Below are positions 39,997-54,494 of a stretch of DNA of 64,000 nt, piece after piece. The position numbers and the translations under genes are program-made. This stretch comes from Eledone cirrhosa (Eukaryota), in NCBI GenBank assembly GCA_964016885.1, contig OZ024741.1, positions 383,656,001-383,720,000 on the forward strand. Reading direction: 5' to 3'. Position 1 is the stretch's first letter. Each line of letters begins with the position of its first letter. The notes beneath the pieces are model-generated. The model ran no database searches, was not told the DNA's origin, and was given only the letters and a program-made list of their open reading frames with translations.

Positions 39997-42480
39997 ATAG
40001 TTCTTTCGTCACACACTCTGTGACCTCTTCAGTGATTGGGATTCCTTTCTTTGTTTTTTGTGACTCTCCTTTGTTCTGTCCTACGCCATTTTGTTTCTGT
40101 GTGTGTGTTGTGTGCTCAGTTTGCGCATGCGCCACATCCGGGTGTCTGTGTGTGTTTATGTTCATTTATTTATTTGTTTATTTACATGTTACTGGTTGGT
40201 TGTTTGTTGTATGTGTGTGTGTGTTTTCATTTTGTCCTTAATTGTAAGTTGTGATGTTGCTGTTCCACTCATATTTTCTATTTAATTTTGGTTGTAATTC
40301 TTTTATGCTTATTGCCTCTGTGATTTGTCTAAACATTGCGTCTTTTCTGTATGTAGATTCTATTTTTATTTCTATGTTCTCTAATTTACCCTTGTGTTCT
40401 ATTTTAGCATGTTGGTAGAGTAAAGATGATTCTTTACTATCTTGAAGGTCTCGCCAGTGTTCATTTATCCGTTCCCCTACACTACGAGCTGTCTCACCTA
40501 TGTACACTATATTTTTGTCTCTACATTGTCCTTCAGATGTATGTGATAGCACGGAGGACCTCCTCAGCAGAATCGGCGAGAGTAACCGATCTAGGTACCT
40601 AAAAAACTGCATAATAGGTAGTATGGATGTTGTGTCCCTGTATCCATCTATTGACGTGGATTTTGCTGTGGAGAAATGCGTAGAAATGATCAGTGAAAGC
40701 AATGTTGAGTTCCGTGGGATTGATACCAGTGAGCTGGGACTCCTACATAAACTTACCTATAGTAATAATTACCTAGACACATATGCCCTTAGCAACCTGT
40801 GCCCTACAAGACCAGCAAGAGGCAGACCACCTACCATTACCTCAATGGCCAAGAAAACCCACACAGATAGATGGAACGGGTGGACCAGAGCCATACGGAC
40901 ACCTGAAAACCACGATGAACTGAAGAAAATGATTGCACATGCGGTAGGGGCCAGCATAAAACTAACCCTTAAGGAACATATGTTCAAATTTAATGGAAAA
41001 ACATATGCCCAAGAGGAAGGAGCAGCCATTGGTGTTAACATTGCAGGCGACATAGCTAACTTATTCATGGTATGGTGGGACAGTAGACTTAAACTTAAAC
41101 TTAAAGAACAATTAGAAGACCCCCTTAACCCTGATAATGTACTCCCGCTACGTTGATGATATAAACATCGTAGTTAAGACACCCCCACTAGAGAACAGTC
41201 AGGAACTAGAGAAAAACACAATGGAAAGCATCCAGCAAATAGCTAACTCCATCCACCAGAGCATTAGAGTTACTATAGACTACCCAAGTAAACACCCCAA
41301 CCATCGATTACCTGTACTAGACACAGAGCTCTGGTTAGATACCATTAATAACAAAAAACAAATCCTCCATTCCCATTATGCCAAACCCATGACTTCCAAA
41401 CATCTGATCCACCGAAACTCGGCCGTTTCGGACCATACCAAAATCAACATACTGATTGCGGATTTGGTACGGGTGATGAGAAACGTGTCCCGCATGTGCA
41501 ACCCCGAAGAACTAGAGAGACACATACAACACTTAATCCACCGTATGCAGTTCTCTGGCTACAATCAGAGAGATAAAATCAGAGTGTATAGAGGAGCCAG
41601 AACCAAATGGGAAAAAATGGGAAATAATGACATAAATGGGACCTGCCTCTTGTATAGGAGCAAATTTTGGAATAGAATAGAAAGAACTAGGAACAAGGCT
41701 AATAGAATAAACTCATGGTATGATAGCAATAAATACCAGAGTGAATTAGCTTACAAATTTAGAAGGGCCCTAGATAAACATAAACTCAATATTAAGATAG
41801 TAGAAAGACCAGGTACCTCCGTAATAACACTTATTAGCAAGACATACCCTTTTCAAAGACCCTCATGTATACATAAGAAATGTATAACCTGTAAAATAAG
41901 CCCCCATATTAACTGTAAAACTAGAAATGTAGTGTATAGCATAAGATGTACTGAAGGACAATGTAGAGACAAAAATATAGTGTACATAGGTGAGACAGCT
42001 CGTAGTGTAGGGGAACGGATAAATGAACACTGGCGAGACCTTCAAGATAGTAAAGAATCATCTGTACTCTACCAACATGCTAAAATAGAACACAAGGGTA
42101 AATTAGAGAACATAGAAATAAAAATAGAATCTACACACAGAAAAGACGCAATGTTTAGATAAATCACAGAGGCAATAAACATAAAAGAATTACAACCAAA
42201 ATTAAATAGAAAATATGAGTGGAACAGCAACATCACAACTTACAATTAAGGACAAAATGAAAACACACATAGAACAAACAACCAACCAGTCACATGTAAA
42301 TAAACAAATAAATAAATGAACATAAACACACACAGACACCTGGATGTGGCGCATGCGCACACAACACACACACATAAACAAAATGGCGTAGGACAGAACA
42401 AAGGAGAGGCACAAAAAAACAAAGAAAGGAATCCCCAGTCACTGAAGAGGTCACAGAGTGTGTGCCGAAAGAACTATGAC
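39994..42480 (+). mobile_element. Penelope-like element family B with an inverted copy of its 3' end (39994-40536 = reverse complement of 41951-42480)
   Basis: GSMDVVSLYPSI, GAAIG..ANLFMVWWD, RYVDD, LPVLD (RT); VVYSIRC..YIGETARSVGERINEH (GIY-YIG); frameshift near 41140 and a stop near 42160. Confidence 0.93.
42438..42480 (+). ncRNA. Minimal hammerhead at the very end of PLE-B (second copy 39994-40036, minus)
   Basis: GUCA-CUGAAGA-GG(U)CACA-GAGUG-UGUGCC-GAAAG-AA-CUA-UGAC. Confidence 0.75.
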
Positions 42481-42772
42481 AATATCTAAACAACTATCTG
42501 GTTGTGGAACCAACCAACCAACCAGAAATTTATAAATTTATAAATTTATTATAAATTTATTATAATAAATTTAAGTGAAAGCAACTGGTGCGTGTGTTTC
42601 TTATTGGCAAAATGACCCTCCCAAAGTATAACAATATCGGTTTCAACACACGATTTCAGATAAAGGATCTTGCTAAACAAATTCAGAAACGAAATGTATA
42701 TATATATATATATATAGTATTGAGTACTTTGGTGCGTTATGGTCCACCTGGTTCCTTACCACATTTCCTTCG

Positions 42773-42828
<56 letters not shown>

Positions 42829-43129
42829 ATAATAATAAAATTGAAGACTAAAATCCAAAGACGGCTCGATAAGGAAAATATATATCAAATATATAAGAAC
42901 CGTAGAGCAAATATTTATTATAATAACAGATTAAGAGTTTAAGCAAAGAATCGCTGCTTTCACCCTTAACGGGATCTTCTGAAACTAACAAGGTCAATCT
43001 GTAAACGCCGAACTGGATATTTCAAAAAACGTTGCAACCGGAGGAAGACAGGAAGACGATACTTTGGTTCGTGGTAACGTTCGCTGGCAAAGAACGGAAA
43101 AAAACGAATAATACGTCATTAATATTTTA

Positions 43130-43263
<134 letters not shown>

Positions 43264-43767
43264 ATATATATATATATATACAAAAGCTGAAAAATATCTT
43301 TTAACATGTTAAAATAACCCCCACACACTTACAGACACATTCCTACTGACCATCCCTCTACCACGAATTACTCTGCTACACACACACACACACTTGTCTT
43401 AATAGGCATTTGAACTGTCAACAGGCTGCGGTAAGCACACACATCCCTGCTGACCATTATCACAACAACGAACCTCTTTACTACTACTACACACACACAC
43501 ACACATATTTGTTTTGAAAGACTTATTTTTCAGTGACTCCTCAATGAGCCGACACAAACCTACATTTGGCGCAAAATCAATTTTTAACATTCACATGACC
43601 TCTACCGACCAATCAAAATTGTTTTGACCACAAGAATTTTTGCAACACGAATTGGCGCAAAACTTATTTTAATACCGCTGGAGCCACTTTTTTAACATAA
43701 AAACAGGTAGAATTTCCAAAACTAATCAGATTAGAGCAAACATCACGAACGCTCTATCTGAAAATTA

Positions 43768-43803
43768 TTTTTGAAAAGCATTAGAAATGCGCAACCGGTA
43801 AAA
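43768..43803 (+). ncRNA. Decayed minimal hammerhead, U3-A8 family
   Basis: UUU-UUGAAAA-GCAU-UAGAA-AUGC-GCAA-CCGG-UA-AAA (GAAA mutated); a more decayed relative at ~21716-21751. Confidence 0.55.
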
Positions 43804-43911
43804 CTTAAAACCAAAACTGAATACTAACCAATACTATTACTAATTCTCACTTATTCCTAATTAAACTATTTTTCACTGTGAACAATTTGTCAGCATTTTC
43901 TTTTCCGTTTA

Positions 43912-43914
<3 letters not shown>

Positions 43915-43984
<70 letters not shown>

Positions 43985-44058
43985 CATATATATGTATATA
44001 TATATATAATATATATATGTATATATATATATATAATATATATATGTATATATATATG

Positions 44059-44133
<75 letters not shown>

Positions 44134-44135
44134 TG

Positions 44136-44176
<41 letters not shown>

Positions 44177-44237
44177 TGTATATATATATATGTATATATA
44201 TAAATGTGTATATATATATATACATATATATATATAC

Positions 44238-44317
<80 letters not shown>

Positions 44318-44328
44318 TATATGTATAT
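43915..44328. repeat. Long degenerate (TA)n tract
   Basis: Direct reading. Confidence 0.98.
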
Positions 44329-44653
44329 GATCAATAAAAGGCGTCCTCTTTTGCTAGCTTTTAGTTAATAAAACCATCTTAGAAATGGTGTTATAAAAAG
44401 CTAATGTAACTGACGGACAGAAACGATAGACATTGTTGTATAGATTTAATTGTCTATGTTTTTCCTTTTTATACCACAGTTTCCACTCCTAGCACGTCAA
44501 TGATGACATTAACGATTTAGAATAATATAAATTCGTGGGGAATCTTGTTTGTAAAGAAATGGCATCACTGCGTGAGTCCCCGGGAAAACATATCTGCAAC
44601 GTTCCATTTGCAATTATTTTTCTGGCCATCCATGCGAGTAATATATATATATA

Positions 44654-44707
<54 letters not shown>

Positions 44708-45087
44708 AAAAAGTATGACCCCGACGGCAGAGCTCAAGCCGTTTCGACGACTATTTCTGGACTAAGAAATAGCCGTCGAAACGGCTTGAGCTCTGCCGTC
44801 GGTGTCATACTTTTTCCTATTTCCGACTCTACTACCCTAAGTATTAAGTACTCTGGTGCGATATGGTCCATTTGGTTCCTTACCACAATTCCTTTGTTAT
44901 ATATATATATATTGATATATATATATATAAATGCCATTGTTAATTAATAAATAAATTAACAAATACCTTAACACTTCACACAAAGTAAAATATTTTGTTT
45001 TAAACATTTTCTTATCCAGAAAAAAGAGAAAAAAATAAAAGGGAAAAAATATATTTTTCTTCCTAATAATTGTCTTTTTCTCCCTGT

Positions 45088-45168
<81 letters not shown>

Positions 45169-45173
45169 CATAT

Positions 45174-45212
<39 letters not shown>

Positions 45213-45217
45213 ATATA

Positions 45218-45302
<85 letters not shown>

Positions 45303-45574
45303 GTTTGTATATATAAACACACATATATATATATATATGAACGGAAAAAACGAAACGAAATTTCATTTCCCACTCTTAGTACGGCTGTTACTTAAATATA
45401 AGTATGTACACGTACACACATATATGTATACAGACGTACAGTAGTATGTATATATATATACACGTACATGCACACATATATATATGTACGTATGGATTCA
45501 CCGAACATTTATTATAATGCTCGGTGTGTTTGTAAACAAACATCCCGTATTAAGCCGTAGTGTCCAGCAACCAT

Positions 45575-45615
45575 CGCTGTACTAGTTTCAAGCTTATTAG
45601 CTATCGTCAGCATCA
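45575..45615 (-). ncRNA. Minimal hammerhead motif with weak stem I
   Basis: CUGACGA-U-AGCU-AAUA-AGCU-U-GAAAC-UA-GUA. Confidence 0.5.
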
Positions 45616-45881
45616 TATACCTTCCTGCCAGATTGTTGAACGTATATACTTACCTTATGCATATTAACGGCTGAGTAGCCCAATTTGCATATCGAGTGGG
45701 TTAATCGGCCGGGTGCACCGAAAACGGTAAACGGAAAAAATGAAACGAAATATCATTTCCCACTCTTAGTACATACTTATATATATATATGTATATATAT
45801 ATATATGTGTGTGTGTATATATATATGTATATATGTATGTGTGTATATATATATGTATATGTGTATATATATGTATAAGTG

Positions 45882-46020
<139 letters not shown>

Positions 46021-47088
46021 CTGTATGTGTACATATGTAAGCATCAATGTTTGAAATATTCGTTATAAGATCTTGTGGTATATTCGAGGTAATGAGAAAT
46101 ATGTTTTTGAAGCAATTAGTTCTTTCGAGATGTGTCGAGTAAATATGTCAAGTAGAAAAACATCCATGTTCTTTATAGGATGAACCAAATATGTTTGACT
46201 GGATAGCAATGGGTGTAGTGAGTACGATGGAGGATTATCTCCCTGCCTTTTACTCTTTCCTTACCTCACACACTTTCCTCCACGCACACACGCACTCATA
46301 CATACACACACACACATACATACATACACACACACCCTTACATATATATATACACAAACACACACACACTTACATACATACACACATACATATATACATA
46401 CATACATATATACATAGGTAATTACAAGTACAATCCATTAATGGAACACTATAAATATGTAAAACATTCCAAAAAATGTGCATCTAATAACTGCATATAC
46501 ACATGTACAGATACTAAGCATGTGCACATACAATTCAAAACATCCACATCCACACATACAATAACATCCATAGCTACACTTGCATGCATGCAAACATACA
46601 GTACATACATAATCTAGCTAGTTGATGTTGTGTAAATTCCAATGAGAGAGTCTTGTGTCTATGTTAGAAACCGACTCTCTCTCTATTGGGAAATAATTTG
46701 TGAAATTATAAAACCAGGAGAATATACATACATGTAAACATGTATGTGTGTGTTTGAGTATGTACGTATGAGAGGTTGGATCTGTATGTATACATGTACG
46801 TACATATTTATGAAAGTATGTTTTTTATGTGTGAGCGCATGTGTGTATGTAAGTATGTGTATAGGTAGAGAACAATATATCTAGAAATATAGCCAAATAT
46901 AAACAGATGAAGATCCTCCCAAAACATATTTTGGGAGGATCTTCAGAATATTGCAACATACAAACAAAATCTGAATAACACTCGCACATATGTATATATA
47001 TTTACACAACATGCATATATAAATATTACAGTGACACAGAGAATTAGAAAAGGAAGCATTATAAACCAGAATATATATATTTATATAC

Positions 47089-47176
<88 letters not shown>

Positions 47177-47295
47177 CAAAGGAATTGTGGTAAGGAACCA
47201 GATGGACCATAACGCACCAGAGTACTCAATACTTAGGGTAGTAGAGTGGGTAATAGGAAAATGTATGACACCCGACGGCTGAGCTCAATATATAT

Positions 47296-47378
<83 letters not shown>

Positions 47379-47532
47379 TGTGTGTGTTTGTGTGTGTATA
47401 CATTATATATATACATTATATATATATATATATAATGTTATATACATTATATATATATATATATAATGTATACACACAAACACACACACATGTTTGTGTG
47501 TGTATACATTATATATATATATATATATACAT

Positions 47533-47564
<32 letters not shown>

Positions 47565-48013
47565 GGTGTCATTATCTGCCTGTGTTGTACAGGAAGAAAA
47601 CGGAAACGAGGGGAGTGTGAAACAGGCAAGGAGAAAAGAAAAGAAAATAAGATGATAGGTAACCGCGAGGTCAGTAGAAAAATTACAAATTCCTGTTTAA
47701 AGTGATATGCAATCGCCGAAATATATAGTTGTGCGGCTCTCAACATACTCACACGAATTGAAGTATACTAACATAAATTCCAGACTTGCTTTTATAATAT
47801 CAGGTTTACCTGAACTAATGGGACAACTGGAGTACACCGCCTACTACACTCCCACTAGAAATTCTCCACAAACGTCTACTGTGATCTTTAAGACGATTAT
47901 TTTAGCTGTGACATCCCTCTTTTAATATCTCGCTATAAGCAATACACTCATCCATCAACTATATATGTGTGTGTGTGCATACATATATATACATATGTAT
48001 GCACACACAAACA

Positions 48014-48076
<63 letters not shown>

Positions 48077-48151
48077 TAGATATGTGTATGCGTGTTTACA
48101 CGATATATATGTGTACATATTCCAGTGACAGAAAGGTAAATAAATAAACCA

Positions 48152-48224
<73 letters not shown>

Positions 48225-48411
48225 CCAGTAAGACCCCGACAGCTGAGCTCAAGCCGTTTCGACGGCTAATTCTGAGTCCAGAATTAGCCGTCGAAACGGC
48301 TTGAGCTCAGCTGTCGGGGTCTTACTGGTTCCTATTACCCACTCTACTACATCAAGTATTGAGTACTTTGGTGCGTTATGGTCCACCTGGTTCCTTACCA
48401 CACTTCCTCCG

Positions 48412-48446
<35 letters not shown>

Positions 48447-48456
48447 AACCAGTAAG

Positions 48457-48550
48457 ACCCCGACGGCTGAGCTCAAGCCGTTTCGACGGCTAATTCTGGA
48501 CTAAATGAAAATTTATCCTGGTATTTAAATAGCCGAACTTCTCAAGGGGT
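48457..48550 (-). ncRNA. Hammerhead ribozyme with U3-A8 core (best copy)
   Basis: ACCCC-UUGAGAA-GUUCGGCUAUU...AUUAGCCGUC-GAAA-CGGCU-UGAGCUC-AGCCG-UC-GGGGU; stems I and III are perfect. Confidence 0.85.
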
Positions 48551-48723
48551 AATTCCATATATGGTCAAAGTGATTGTCAAAAGTCAGTAGTAATTCTGTG
48601 ATTGCAAATTAGTAGGGAGATGGTGCCTAAACCAGCCAAGTGGTTGGTTTAGCCACCATCTCCCCAAGTATTGAGTACTTTGGTGCGTTATGGTCCACCT
48701 GGTTCCTTACCACATTTCCTTCG

Positions 48724-48772
<49 letters not shown>

Positions 48773-48773
<1 letters not shown>

Positions 48774-49650
48774 TAGCGGAGTAGCCCGTCATTTCCGGGC
48801 AATAATCACAATAGTATGCCTTTATTTCAGTTCATTTTTTTATTCCATGTCAGACCATGTCTCCCCTAAATGATTGTCCCCTTGCTAAGGGCGGATTTAT
48901 TTATTAATTGGGTCAGTTTATAATGTTTGTATAAACTATGTCTGTTGTTTTTCCATCTGGTGCATAGATGTAAAGATGTTTCTGACTACTAGCCCTTGAA
49001 CATCCAACGTATATCTGACCATGGGTGAAGCTGGGCTCTTCAACATGCAACCGGCAACCGGAAATGTTTGCCCTTCTAATTTGTTGATGGTCATGGCAAA
49101 ACTCACTGGATATTGAAGAAGTTTGAATTGAAATGGGACATCGGTGGGGATAAGAAGAATTCTTGGCTCAAGCACATCCTCTCCCCTACCACATTCTGTT
49201 GAAATGGTAACTTGAATCACCTGTGGATACATATTTTTCACAGCCAATCGAGTGCTATTGCATAGATTTGGTGAGTCCAAATTCCTCAATAACATGATGG
49301 GTGCTCCTTCTTTAAAGTGAAGGACATGTGAAGGCACTCCTGATGGTTCTAAAGAGTCGAGGAACTCTGTCAGGTAAATGACAGCTTCGGACTGTTCCAC
49401 CGCTGTGCCAACAGATCGATAGAGCTTCGAAACCTTTGGAATTCTTTTTAACAGCTCTTGATTTATCAATTTCTCAGTTTCATTTTTCGGGGCCAATATA
49501 GACCTTTCACTGAGTCACTTATGACTTGAGAACTAATATTCAAGATTAGGTAACATTTTTTCTAAGAGATGGAATAATGATTACACCATCATGCCTATGG
49601 AATTTATATCAATAACTCCTTTTCTATCTACAGGAAGTAGCATCCATGTA
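48773..49650 (-). mobile_element. Helitron 3' fragment with Pif1-family helicase remnant
   Basis: EFLDSLEPSGVPSH.L..K.GAPIMLLRNL..LCN.TRL..PRI..QYPV.FAMTINK.GQT; 3' hairpin GCCCG..CGGGC then CTAG into T. 5' end not found. Confidence 0.92.
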
Positions 49651-50012
49651 AATGATGTCGAACTGACGGACTGCGGAAATATTAATTCCCCAGCGAAATG
49701 CGTGTATTCGACAAATAAACATGTGAATTTAACCTAATTACAGCTCCTCCCTCGGAGTGAGGGCTCCGCCAACTTTGGAGTTGAATTCACTACACTGCCA
49801 GCGGATTCGAACCAAAGAAACTGGTGCAGCAGACAGGGAATCTCAACATTCTCACCCACACGAAGTTTGTCTACCTCACTGATTAAAGAAAGTGTGTACT
49901 CTGGCCAGCCGGGTTTCAATTTTGATAATGCAAATTTAATTGGTCATTGAGTGAGAGATGAATCGACCGAAGTTATGTCCGTTCTATTCGACATGCTTCG
50001 TCATCTAAACTC

Positions 50013-50100
50013 TCATATCTGAAGAAGTATCGATTAAGAGTCGGGATCCGATCACCTGGTCAAATTCGTGTTGATCGATATAGAAAAAATGTTAATATGA
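50013..50100 (+). ncRNA. Type I hammerhead with enlarged stem II
   Basis: UCAUAU-CUGAAGA-[UAUCGAUUAA..UUGAUCGAUA]-GAAAA-AAUG-UUA-AUAUGA, then AATAAA. Confidence 0.75.
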
Positions 50101-50211
50101 AATAAAGTTTTACGAAAACCTGCAATTTTTATTGTCACTCACTCGCTCACTCTCCCTCTCTCTTTCTTTCTCTCTCCCCCATCTCTCTCGCTCTCACTCT
50201 CTCTATATATA

Positions 50212-50244
<33 letters not shown>

Positions 50245-50464
50245 CACCCAGTTGGTGAGTAATGCTAACCGATCCTAGAGTCAAGGTGATTGCATCAGAT
50301 TGCATTTTTTCTTTTTTCTTATGAGAGGCTGAATGAGTTGGGGTACAGAACCCAACGAAACTTGAGAACCTATTTATGTCACTGTTGTAATTATTTATAC
50401 TAAACTCTTCCTATGAACAGAGTGCTCTTACCCTTGGATATTTCCAATTAACTTTGACTACAGT

Positions 50465-50512
<48 letters not shown>

Positions 50513-51526
50513 TGTTATACTTGGGGAGGGTCATATTTGTGTAATAATATTGCCAGAATTAATAACAGAACACACTCACTGTTTGGTTGGTTTTCGCTTA
50601 TATATATATATAAGGGATAACAAAATATCGAATATCGTTACAGGTAATCCAGTTAGAGGTTGTCAATACTTCTTATTATGGATAGTTTTAGCGTACGGCG
50701 TTGTTTGACTCAACAAGAGGTTTACGTAGATGACAAGTTTATGATTTAACTTGTATTCCTATGGAAGTTTATCTCGTAGTAATAAAATTGAAAAAGTGAA
50801 GAATAACATGGTCAACAGTACAAACAAGGGGATTTATTTACAGTCTAACAATTGTTTATCTGATTAAGTTGTCTAAAAATTGCTGAACACTAGAAGCAGT
50901 GCCACTCAATTTCAAATACGATGCTAGCTCAATCAGATCATCAGAAACTGTTACAAAAAATATATATAACTGGCAAATTTACAAATTCAAATTACATCAT
51001 CAATAATAATATTAATAATAAAGATAGGGAGAGAGAAAAAGAAAGAAAGGGAGATAGATAAAGGAAAGAAAGAAAGAAAAAGAGAAATAGAAAGAAGAAG
51101 AAAAAGGAGAAATGAATACAGAGAAAGATATAGAGAGAAGAAAATATATGGATAAATGATAATAGAAAGAGGAGAGATATGCATGAGGAGAAATAACGTA
51201 GGAAAGAAAGAGCAATAGAGGGAAAATAATGATATCAACAATAAATGAATAAACGTTAATACATCTATCTTTATTATTAATATTGGCAGTATCGGTAGAG
51301 GGTCGGACGCCATGCTTTCCAGCATAGTTACGTCCCTTTACGATCTGAGTTCAAATCCCGCCGAGGTTGACTTTGCCTTTCATCCTTACGGGGTCGATAA
51401 AATAAAGTACCAGTAATGCACTGGATAATTGCTGGCCTTGTGCCTAAAGTAGAAACAATTATTAATATTATTATTGATGATGTAATTTGAATTTGTAAAT
51501 TTGCCGGTTATATATATCTTTTTCTA

Positions 51527-51638
51527 ACAGTTTCTGATGATCTGATTGGGCTAACATCGTATTTGAAATTGAGTGGCATTGTTTCTAGTGTTCAGCAATT
51601 TTTAGACAACTTAATCAGAGAAACAATTGTTAAACTGT
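51527..51638 (+). ncRNA. Type I hammerhead with ~80-nt stem II domain (inverted, decayed copy at 50840-50951)
   Basis: ACAGUUU-CUGAUGA-UCUGAUUGG...UUAAUCAGA-GAAAC-AAUU-GUU-AAACUGU. Confidence 0.85.
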
Positions 51639-51934
51639 AAATAAATCCCCTTTTTTGTACTGTTGACCATGTTATTCTTCACTTTTTCAATTTTATATAT
51701 GAAGTATTTCCGTAGAAAAGGTAAAGGAAAAGAGAGTAGGCTAGAGAGTTTTTTAGTTATGTAATAAACAACATAAGATAATTATTTCAATGAAATAATT
51801 ATCTTATGTTGTTTATAACTATATATATATATATATCGATGAAATACCAATGAAAGTTGGAAGATCACTGAAGGACTAATTTTATTCATATGTAACCCAT
51901 GTGCAACCACGCAGCACTCCATTCTTCTCATATT

Positions 51935-51975
<41 letters not shown>

Positions 51976-52060
51976 AGAATGGAGTGCTGCGTGGTTGCAC
52001 ATGGGTTACATATGAATAAAATTAGTCCTTCATCAGTGATCTTCCAACTGTCATTGGTAT

Positions 52061-52139
<79 letters not shown>

Positions 52140-53355
52140 TCCATATGTGGTACTCAAAGCTGAAGTAGAATTCTAATATTCATTTTAAGGCTAAATAGTG
52201 AGTCCTACTACTCTGGAGTTTCGCTTGTTTATCACATGGTAATCCGACAAGAACTAACGTTTTAATGACATCCACAGTATAAACAAGGAAGACTTGACAT
52301 GGGAGAAGGGGTAATTAAGATAGTATGGACAGGGCGTGGGAGGAGAGAGATGAGTGAAAGACGAAGGCGATATAGCGAGTTAGGGGAATTTTAACTGGTC
52401 AGTGTGATGCAGGTGTTGAATGTGGAGATGGGTGTATATTTTATAGACGGCTGTATGGTTTAGTGAAAAGATTGCTGGGAATGGGAAGATAAAGTGGGGG
52501 ATGGAATATACATGTATACAATTACACATTTACACAAATATACATGCATACACTCAAACATATTTACGGAGACATACATCTAAATCCACATATACAGGTG
52601 CTATATGAAAATAAATAATATATATACCTACAAACACAACTATACTTATAAAACATATTCAAGGAAATAGATAAAAATATATTTAGAAACTTATAAAAAA
52701 CTATAAGAGATTTTCAAGATATATATATATATATATATATATATAGATAGATATATATATATATATCACTGACGAAGGACTATTTTTATCATATTTAACC
52801 CATGTGCAACCACGCAGTATTCTTCTTTCTTCTCATGTTTTTTATATATATTTACCTCGGCTGCGTTTGTCTGTTTCTCTCTTACTGCTTCCTCGTTCTC
52901 TCTGTTGTTCTCACCTTCTTTCGCCCCCTCTGTCAGTTACACTTTCTCTCGACTGACCTCTTCCTCGCACTTCCACTCACTCACTCTTTGTTTCTCCCCT
53001 TCTCACTTCCTCTCGTTTGGCTAGTAGTGGGTTCTCTTCTCACATCTCACTCACGTCGGACTGTCTGTATCTTGATCGCTCATGAAATCCACCCAGTTTA
53101 TGCTGACCGGATAACCATGTTGCTTGTTTATTCCCATCTTTGCGTTGCTTTCATCCTTCTATGTTGTTTACTTGTCTCACTCGCTTTACGCGATTTACTT
53201 GTCCCAATAGCTTTTTTTAGTTATGCTCGCACCACCCTGAGGTATATGATTTTTAATGCGATGAAATATCAATGATGGTTGGCAAATCACTGACGAAGGA
53301 CTATTTTTATCATATGTAACCCATGTGCAACCACGCAGTATTCTTCTTTCTTCTC

Positions 53356-53420
<65 letters not shown>

Positions 53421-53511
53421 GCTCGCGTATTTGAAGAGAACATCGGTGCAGAATCAGGCCCCGATCTTTATGATCGAACCCAAAGCTCCTCGGTATAGAA
53501 ACAATTGTCAT

Positions 53512-53595
<84 letters not shown>

Positions 53596-53603
53596 TATAT
53601 AAT

Positions 53604-53635
<32 letters not shown>

Positions 53636-53651
53636 ATTATATATATATATA

Positions 53652-53720
<69 letters not shown>

Positions 53721-53765
53721 TAAAGAAAACGAAAAATCAGTGATGCATCTGTAATTAATTTATTG

Positions 53766-53856
53766 CGTGTTACAATTGTTTCGCCGGCAGGTAGCTCGAG
53801 ACATGGTCCTGGTATGGATCTGGCTGATTCTACTTCTGCAGGTTCTTTCAGACACG
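53766..53856 (-). ncRNA. Hammerhead motif with enlarged stem II (relative at 61478-61568, minus)
   Basis: CGUGU-CUGAAAGA-[CCUGCAG..CUGCCGG]C-GAAAC-AAUU-GUA-ACACG; each copy has one core deviation. Confidence 0.65.
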
Positions 53857-54156
53857 GGTATTTCGTTTGGAGCAAATTTTATCATATATATATATATATT
53901 TGTACGTGTGTTATATAGTTATAGGGGTGCGTATTTACACTTTAGTTTATATTTTTAATTATCGAGTCTCTACTCTGCCTTTCATAGGTTATAGATTCCA
54001 TACACTGGTGGTTTTTCCTGTTTCATTGATGGCGCACTATCTCTCTCTGGTGTGTTACCTTTTCAACATATTGTATTTTAAAGAGCTCAGGATTCCTACT
54101 CCTTTGAACACATTATTGACAGGGAATAGCGAGAGTCTATGGATCCGTTAATTTAT

Positions 54157-54188
<32 letters not shown>

Positions 54189-54191
<3 letters not shown>

Positions 54192-54388
54192 TGGTTACAC
54201 AACAGTTAGTTCACCATACCGAGAACAATTGTTTCACCTTAGCGGATCCTCAGCTCGTAATGGACACGGTTATGCGGAACGGTAAGGGTATTTCCCGTTC
54301 CGTATAACAATGCCCATTAGGAGCTGAGGATCCGCTAAGGTGAAACAATTGTTCTTGGTATGGTGAACTAACTGCTGTGTAACCACTT
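54189..54388. repeat. Palindromic PLE-terminus insertion carrying two opposite-strand hammerheads
   Basis: Arms ~54189-54283 / 54297-54388, each with CTGAGGATCCGCTAAGGTGAAACAATTGTT. Confidence 0.88.
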
Positions 54389-54452
54389 CTACCTAACGCG
54401 TCCCATGGACCGAGTGCTCTACCACTACTGATATTACCTTCGAGTGTTCTAC

Positions 54453-54494
<42 letters not shown>

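Noticed and set aside
42945-42990. Hammerhead-like CAGAAGA-UCCC..GGG-UGAAAG
   Set aside because: Core mutated and no stem I or III pairing.
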